In this document: positions 56,651-64,000 of the stretch, piece by piece
Layout of the letters: each line of letters opens with the position of its first letter
Position numbering within the stretch: the first letter of the stretch is position 1
From: Eledone cirrhosa
Lineage: Eukaryota
DNA length: 64,000 nt
Assembly (NCBI GenBank): GCA_964016885.1
Contig: OZ024745.1
Coordinates: forward strand, 42,346,001-42,410,000
Direction: 5' to 3'
Translations under genes and position numbers: made by a program
The notes under the pieces: generated by a model
The model's input: the letters and a program-made list of their open reading frames with translations, nothing else
The model's database searches: none
What the model was told of the DNA's origin: nothing

Positions 56651-59249
56651 CAGTGAACTATAGTCTCACCTTATTGCAGATGACTAGATGACTAGGCAAT
56701 AGAATGCAGAGTGAGTCCTGGCTTCAGTGAAGTATAGTCTAGCCATTGTTGCAGATGACTAGATGACTAGGCAATAGAATGCAGAGTGACTCCTGGCTTC
56801 AGTGAACTATAGTATCACCTTATTGCAGATGATTAGATGACGAGGCAATAGAATACAGAGTGACTCCTGGCTTCAGTGAACTATAGTCTCACCTTATTGC
56901 AGATGGCTAGATGACTAGGCAATAGAATGCAGAGTGACACCTGTCTTCTGTGAAGTATAGTCTTACCATTGTTGCAGATGACTAGATGACTAGGCAATAG
57001 AATGCAGTGTGACTCCTGGCTTCAGTGAACTATAGTATCACCTTATTGCAGATGACTAGATGACTAGGCAATAGAATGCAGAGTGACTCCTGGCTTCAGT
57101 GATGTATAGTCTCACCTTATTGCAGATGACTAGATGACTAGGCAATAGAATGTAGAGTGACTCCTGGCTTCAGTGAACTATAGTCTCACCTTATTGCAGA
57201 TGACTAGATGACTAGGCAATAGAATGCAGAGTGACACCTGTCTTCTGTGAAGTATAATCTTACCATTGTTGCAGATGACTAGATGACTAGGCAATCGAAT
57301 GCAGAGTGACACCTGGCTTCAGTGAACTATAGTCTCACCTTATTGCCGATGACTAGATTACTAGGCAATAGAATGCAGAGTGACTCCTGGCTTCAGTGAA
57401 CTATAGTCTCACCTTATTGCAGATGACTAGATGACTAGGCAATAGAATGCAGAGTGAGTCCTGGCTTCAGTGAAGTATAGTCTAGCCATTGTTGCAGATG
57501 ACTAGATGACTAGGCAATAGAGTGCAGAGTGACTCCTGGCTTCAGTGAACTATAGTATCACCTTATTGCAGATGATTAGATGACTAGGCAATAGAATGCA
57601 GAGTGACTCCTGGCTTCAGTGAACTATAGTCTCACCTTATTGCAGATGGCTAGATGACTAGGCAATAGAATGCAGAGTGATACCTGTCTTCTGTGAAGTA
57701 TAGTCTTACCATTGTTGCAGATGACTAGATGACTAGGCAATAGAATGCAGTGTGACTCCTGGCTTCAGTGAACTATAGTATCACCTTATTGCAGATGACT
57801 AGATGACTAGGCAATAGTATGCAGAGTGACTCCTGGCTTCAGTGATGTATAGTCTCACCTTATTGCAGATGACCAGATGACTAGGCAATAGAATGTAGAG
57901 TGACTCCTGGCTTCAGTGAACTATAGTCTTACCATTGTTGCAGATGACTAGATGACTAGGCAATAGAATGCAGAGTGACACCTGTCTTCTGTGAAGTATA
58001 GTCTTACCATTGTTGCAGATGACTAGATGACTAGGCAATAGAATGCAGAGTGACACCTGGCTTCAGTGAACTATAGTCTCGCCTTATTGCAGATGACTAG
58101 ATGACTAGGCAATAGAATGCAGAGTGACTCCTGGCTTAAGTGAACTATAGTCTCACCTTATTGCAGATGACTAGATGACTAGGCAATAGAATGCAGAGTG
58201 ACTCCTGGCTTCAGTGATGTATAGTCTCACCTTATTGCAGATGACTAGATGACTAGGCAATAGAATGTAGAGTGACTCCTGGCTTCAGTGAACTATAGTC
58301 TCATCTTATTGCAGATGACTAGATGACTAGGCAATAGAATGCAGAGTGACACCTGTCTTCTGTGAAGTATAATCTTACCATTGTTGCAGATGACTAGATG
58401 ACTAGGCAATCGAATGCAGAGTGACGCCTGTCTTCAGTGAACTATAGTCTCACCTTATTGCCGATGACTAGATTACTAGGCAATAGAATGCAGAGTGACT
58501 CCTGGCTTCAGTGAGCTATAGTCTCACCTTATTGCAGATGACTAGATGACTAGGCAATAGAATGCAGAGTGAGTCCTGGCTTCAGTGAAGTATAGTCTAG
58601 CCATTGTTGCAGATGACTAGATGACTAGGCAATAGAATGCAGAGTGACTCCTGGCTTCAGTGAACTATAGTATCACCTTATTGCAGATGATTAGATGACT
58701 AGGCAATAGAATGCAGAGTGACTCCTGGCTTCAGTGAACTATAGTCTCACCTTATTGCAGATGACTAGATGACTAGGCAATAGAATGCAGAGTGAGTCCT
58801 GGCTTCAGTGAAGTATAGTCTAGCCATTGTTGCAGATGACTAGATGACTAGGCAATAGAATGCAGTGTGACTCCTGGCTTCAGTGAACTATAGTATCACC
58901 TTATTACAGATGACTAGATGACTAGGCAATAGAATGCAGAGTGACTCCTGGCTTCAGTGAACTATAGTCTTACCATTGTTGCAGATGACTAGATGACTAG
59001 GCAATAGAATGCAGAGTGAGTCCTGGCTTCAGTGAAGTATAGTCTAGCCATTGTTGCAGATGACTAGATGACTAGGCAATAAAATGCAGAGTGACTCCTG
59101 GCTTCAGTGAACTATAGTATCACCTTATTGCAGATGATTAGATGACTAGGCAATAGAATGCAGAGTGACTCCTGGCTTCAGTGAACTATAGTCTCACCTT
59201 ATTGCAGATGACCAGATGACTAGGCAATAGAATGCAGAGTGAGACCTGT

Positions 59250-62200
59250 CTTCTGTGAAGTATAGTCTTACCATTGTTGCAGATGACTAGATGACTAGGC
59301 AATAGAATGCAGTGTGACTCCTGGCTTCAGTGAACTATAGTATCACCTTATTGCAGATGACTAGATGACTAGGCAATAGTATGCAGAGTGACTCCTGGCT
59401 TCAGTGATGTATAGTCTCACCTTATTGCAGATGACTAGATGACTAGGCAATAGAATGTAGAGTGACTCCTGGCTTCAGTGAACTATAGTCTCACCTTATT
59501 GCAGATGACTAGATGACTAGGCAATAGAATGCAGAGTGACACCTGTCTTCTGTGAAGTATAATCTTACCATTGTTGCAGATGACTAGATGACTAGGCAAT
59601 CGAATGCAGAGTGACACCTGGCTTCAGTGAACTATAGTCTCACCTTATTGCCGATGACTAGATTACTAGGCAATAGAATGCAGAGTGACTCCTGGCTTCA
59701 GTGAACTATAGTCTCACCTTATTGCAGATGACTAGATGACTAGGCAATAGAATGCAGAGTGAGTCCTGGCTTCAGTGAAGTATAGTCTAGCCATTGTTGC
59801 AGATGACTAGATGACTAGGCAATAGAATGCAGAGTGACTCCTGGCTTCAGTGAACTATAGTATCACCTTATTGCAGATGATTAGATGACTAGGCAATAGA
59901 ATGCAGAGTGACTCCTGGCTTCAGTGAACTATAGTCTCACCTTATTGCAGATGGCTAGATGACTAGGCAATAGAATGCAGAGTGATACCTGTCTTCTGTG
60001 AAGTATAGTCTTACCATTGTTGCAGATGACTAGATGACTAGGCAATAGAATGCAGTGTGACTCCTGGCTTCAGTGAACTATAGTATCACCTTATTGCAGA
60101 TGACTAGATGACTAGGCAATAGTATGCAGAGTGACTCCTGGCTTCAGTGATGTATAGTCTCACCTTATTGCAGATGACTAGATGACTAGGCAATAGAATG
60201 TAGAGTGACTCCTGGCTTCAGTGAACTATAGTCTTACCATTGTTGCAGATGACTAGATGACTAGGCAATAGAATGCAGAGTGAGTCCTGGCTTCAGTGAA
60301 GTATAGTCTAGCCATTGTTGCAGATGACTAGATGACTAGGCAATAGAATGCAGAGTGACTCCTGGCTTCAGTGAACTATAGTATCACCTTATTGCAGATG
60401 ATTAGATGACTAGGCAATAGAATGCAGAGTGACCCTTGGCTTCAGTGAACTATAGTCTCACCTTATTGCAGATGACTAGATGACTAGGCAATAGAATGCA
60501 GAGTGACACCTGTCTTCTGTGAAGTATAGTCTTACCATTGTTGCAGATGACTAGATGACTAGGCAATAGAATGCAGAGTGACACCTGGCTTCAGTGAACT
60601 ATAGTCTCGCCTTATTGCAGATGACTAGATGACTAGGCAATAGAATGCAGAGTGACTCCTGGCTTAAGTGAACTATAGTCTCACCTTATTGCAGATGACT
60701 AGATGACTAGGCAATAGAATGCAGAGTGACTCCTGGCTTCAGTGATGTATAGTCTCACCTTATTGCAGATGACTAGATGACTAGGCAATAGAATGTAGAG
60801 TGACTCCTGGCTTCAGTGAACTATAGTCTCACCTTATTGCAGATGACTAGATGACTAGGCAATAGAATGCAGAGTGACACCTGTCTTCTGTGAAGTATAA
60901 TCTTACCATTGTTGCAGATGACTAGATGACTAGGCAATCGAATGCAGAGTGACGCCTGTCTTCAGTGAACTATAGTCTCACCTTATTGCCGATGACTAGA
61001 TTACTAGGCAATAGAATGCAGAGTGACTCCTGGCTTCAGTGAACTATAGTCTCACCTTATTGCAGATGACTAGATGACTAGGCAATAGAATGCAGAGTGA
61101 GTCCTGGCTTCAGTGAAGTATAGTCTAGCCATTGTTGCAGATGACTAGATGACTAGGCAATAGAATGCAGAGTGACTCCTGGCTTCAGTGAACTATAGTA
61201 TCACCTTATTGCAGATGATTAGATGACTAGGCAATAGAATGCAGAGTGACTCCTGGCTTCAGTGAACTATAGTCTCACCTTATTGCAGATGACTAGATGA
61301 CTAGGCAATAGAATGCAGAGTGAGTCCTGGCTTCAGTGAAGTATAGTCTAGCCATTGTTGCAGATGACTAGATGACTAGGCAATAGAATGCAGTGTGACT
61401 CCTGGCTTCAGTGAACTATAGTATCACCTTATTGCAGATGACTAGATGACTAGGCAATAGAATGCAGACTGACTCCTGGCTTCAGTGAACTATAGTCTTA
61501 CCATTGTTGCAGATGACTAGATGACTAGGCAATAGAATGCAGAGTGAGTCCTGGCTTCAGTGAAGTATAGTCTAGCCATTGTTGCAGATGACTAGATGAC
61601 TAGGCAATAAAATGCAGAGTGACTCCTGGCTTCAGTGAACTATAGTATCACCTTATTGCAGATGATTAGATGACTAGGCAATAGAATGCAGAGTGAGACC
61701 TGTCTTCTGTGAAGTATAGTCTTACCATTGTTGCAGATGACTAGATGACTAGGCAATAGAATGCAGAGTGACACCTGGCTTCAGTGAACTATAGTCTCGC
61801 CTTATTGCAGATGACTAGATGACTAGGCAATAGAATGCAGAGTGACTCCTGGCTTAAGTGAACTATAGTCTCACCTTAATGCAGATGACTAGATGACTAG
61901 GCAATAGAATGCAGAGTGACTCCTGGCTTCAGTGATGTATAGTCTCACCTTATTGCAGATGACTAGATGACTAGGCAATAGAATGCAGAGTGACTCCTGG
62001 CTTCAGTGAACTATAGTCTCACCTTATTGCAGATGACTAGATGACTAGGCAATAGAATGCAGAGTGAGTCCTGGCTTCAGTGAAGTATAGTCTAGCCATT
62101 GTTGCAGATGACTAGATGACTAGGCAATAGAATGCAGTGTGACTCCTGGCTTCAGTGAACTATAGTATCACCTTATTGCAGATGACTAGATGACTAGGCA

Positions 62201-64000
62201 ATAGAATGCAGAGTGACACCTGGCTTCAGTGAACTATAGTCTCGCCTTATTGCAGATGACTAGATGACTAGGCAATAGAATGCAGAGTGACACCTGTCTT
62301 CTGTGAAGTATAGTCTTACCATTGTTGCAGATGACTAGATGACTAGGCAATAGAATGCAGTGTGACTCCTGGCTTCAGTGAACTATAGTATCACCTTATT
62401 GCAGATGACTAGATGACTAGGCAATAGTATGCAGAGTGACTCCTGGCTTCAGTGATGTATAGTCTCACCTTATTGCAGATGACTAGATGACTAGGCAATA
62501 GAATGTAGAGTGACTCCTGGCTTCAGTGAACTATAGTCTCACCTTATTGCAGATGACTAGATGACTAGGCAATAGAATGCAGAGTGACACCTGTCTTCTG
62601 TGAAGTATAATCTTACCATTGTTGCAGATGACTAGATGACTAGGCAATCGAATGCAGAGTGACACCTGGCTTCAGTGAACTATAGTCTCACCTTATTGCC
62701 GATGACTAGATTACTAGGCAATAGAATGCAGAGTGACTCCTGGCTTCAGTGAACTATAGTCTCACCTTATTGCAGATGACTAGATGACTAGGCAATAGAA
62801 TGCAGAGTGAGTCCTGGCTTCAGTGAAGTATAGTCTAGCCATTGTTGCAGATGACTAGATGACTAGGCAATAGAATGCAGAGTGACTCCTGGCTTCAGTG
62901 AACTATAGTATCACCTTATTGCAGATGATTAGATGACTAGGCAATAGAATGCAGAGTGACTCCTGGCTTCAGTGAACTATAGTCTCACCTTATTGCAGAT
63001 GGCTAGATGACTAGGCAATAGAATGCAGAGTGATACCTGTCTTCTGTGAAGTATAGTCTTACCATTGTTGCAGATGACTAGATGACTAGGCAATAGAATG
63101 CAGTGTGACTCCTGGCTTCAGTGAACTATAGTATCACCTTATTGCAGATGACTAGATGACTAGGCAATAGTATGCAGAGTGACTCCTGGCTTCAGTGATG
63201 TATAGTCTCACCTTATTGCAGATGACTAGATGACTAGGCAATAGAATGTAGAGTGACTCCTGGCTTCAGTGAACTATAGTCTTACCATTGTTGCAGATGA
63301 CTAGATGACTAGGCAATAGAATGCAGAGTGAGTCCTGGCTTCAGTGAAGTATAGTCTAGCCATTGTTGCAGATGACTAGATGACTAGGCAATAGAATGCA
63401 GAGTGACTCCTGGCTTCAGTGAACTATAGTATCACCTTATTGCAGATGATTAGATGACTAGGCAATAGAATGCAGAGTGACCCTTGGCTTCAGTGAACTA
63501 TAGTCTCACCTTATTGCAGATGACTAGATGACTAGGCAATAGAATGCAGAGTGACACCTGTCTTCTGTGAAGTATAGTCTTACCATTGTTGCAGATGACT
63601 AGATGACTAGGCAATAGAATGCAGAGTGACACCTGGCTTCAGTGAACTATAGTCTCGCCTTATTGCAGATGACTAGATGACTAGGCAATAGAATGCAGAG
63701 TGACTCCTGGCTTAAGTGAACTATAGTCTCACCTTATTGCAGATGACTAGATGACTAGGCAATAGAATGCAGAGTGACTCCTGGCTTCAGTGATGTATAG
63801 TCTCACCTTATTGCAGATGACTAGATGACTAGGCAATAGAATGTAGAGTGACTCCTGGCTTCAGTGAACTATAGTCTCACCTTATTGCAGATGACTAGAT
63901 GACTAGGCAATAGAATGCAGAGTGACACCTGTCTTCTGTGAAGTATAATCTTACCATTGTTGCAGATGACTAGATGACTAGGCAATCGAATGCAGAGTGA
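59250..64000. repeat. Duplication at 3048-bp offset (41 monomers) in subfamily II
   Basis: GACCCTTGGC 60431/63479; GCAATCGAAT 59596/62644 and 60934/63982. Confidence 0.85.

Larger units (their letters stand above)
1..64000. repeat. Tandem satellite DNA array, 74/75-bp monomer, about 860 copies, single orientation, extending beyond both window ends
   Basis: The motif GCAGATGACTAGATGACTAGGCAATAGAATGCAGAGTGACTCCTGGCTTC recurs every ~72-83 bp (mostly 74 or 75) from base 1 to 64000, with no unique intervening sequence. Confidence 0.99.
50570..64000. repeat. Satellite subfamily II domain (interleaved with subfamily I until ~55.6 kb)
   Basis: New recurrent variants: GACACCTGTCTTCTGTGAAGTATAGTCTTACC, GAGTGAGTCC...TCTAGCC, GTGATGTAT, AGTATCACC, TTGCCGATG, GCAATCGAAT, TCTCGCC. 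The last CCGGG is at ~55009 and the last GGCAAAAG at ~50011. Confidence 0.85.

Noticed and set aside
1-64000. CRISPR array (period similar to repeat plus spacer)
   Set aside because: There are no unique spacers. The variable part is a point-variant of the same sequence in every unit, and there is no leader or cas gene.
1-64000. Repetitive protein-coding ORF
   Set aside because: GATGACTAGATGACTAG places stops in all three + frames in each monomer. The reverse complement of the consensus also has TAG/TAA/TGA in all three frames, and 74 is not a multiple of 3.
1-64000. Tandem tRNA or other small-RNA gene array (74-75 nt is tRNA-sized)
   Set aside because: I find no cloverleaf, no GTTCRA B-box in the consensus, no acceptor-stem pairing, and no spacers or poly-T terminators.
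1-64000. CENP-B box or telomeric repeats
   Set aside because: No TTCG....A..CGGG match in the consensus (CGGG and TTCG occur only in separate variant monomers), and no TTAGGG-type tracts.
1-64000. Apparent excess of transversions among variants
   Set aside because: Many transitions are also present, and duplicated variants are not independent. It cannot be supported without a de-duplicated count.

Overview
The whole 64 kb window is one uninterrupted, head-to-tail satellite DNA array, most likely eukaryotic heterochromatin. It holds about 860 monomers of 74-75 bp (consensus about 43% GC, with no CpG). There are no genes, RNA genes, CRISPR spacers, transposon insertions or inversions, and every consensus monomer has stop codons in all six frames. 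There are two main monomer types. Type A (74 bp) is CAGAGTGACTCCTGGCTTCAGTGAACTATAGTCTCACCTTATTGCAGATGACTAGATGACTAGGCAATAGAATG. Type B (75 bp) carries ...GAAGTATAGTCTAACCATTGTTGCAG... in the middle. Rare variants used as markers show nested higher-order repeats (HORs) and recent tandem duplications with periods of about 149, 305, 447, 814, 1924, 1999, 2528, 2602, 3048, 3552, 6827 and 7600 bp. They also show a switch between two sequence subfamilies at about 50.6-55.6 kb, where the junction itself has been amplified. I cannot name the satellite family or the species, and I see no protein-coding system. All offsets were read by eye from marker positions, so block boundaries are approximate to about one monomer.
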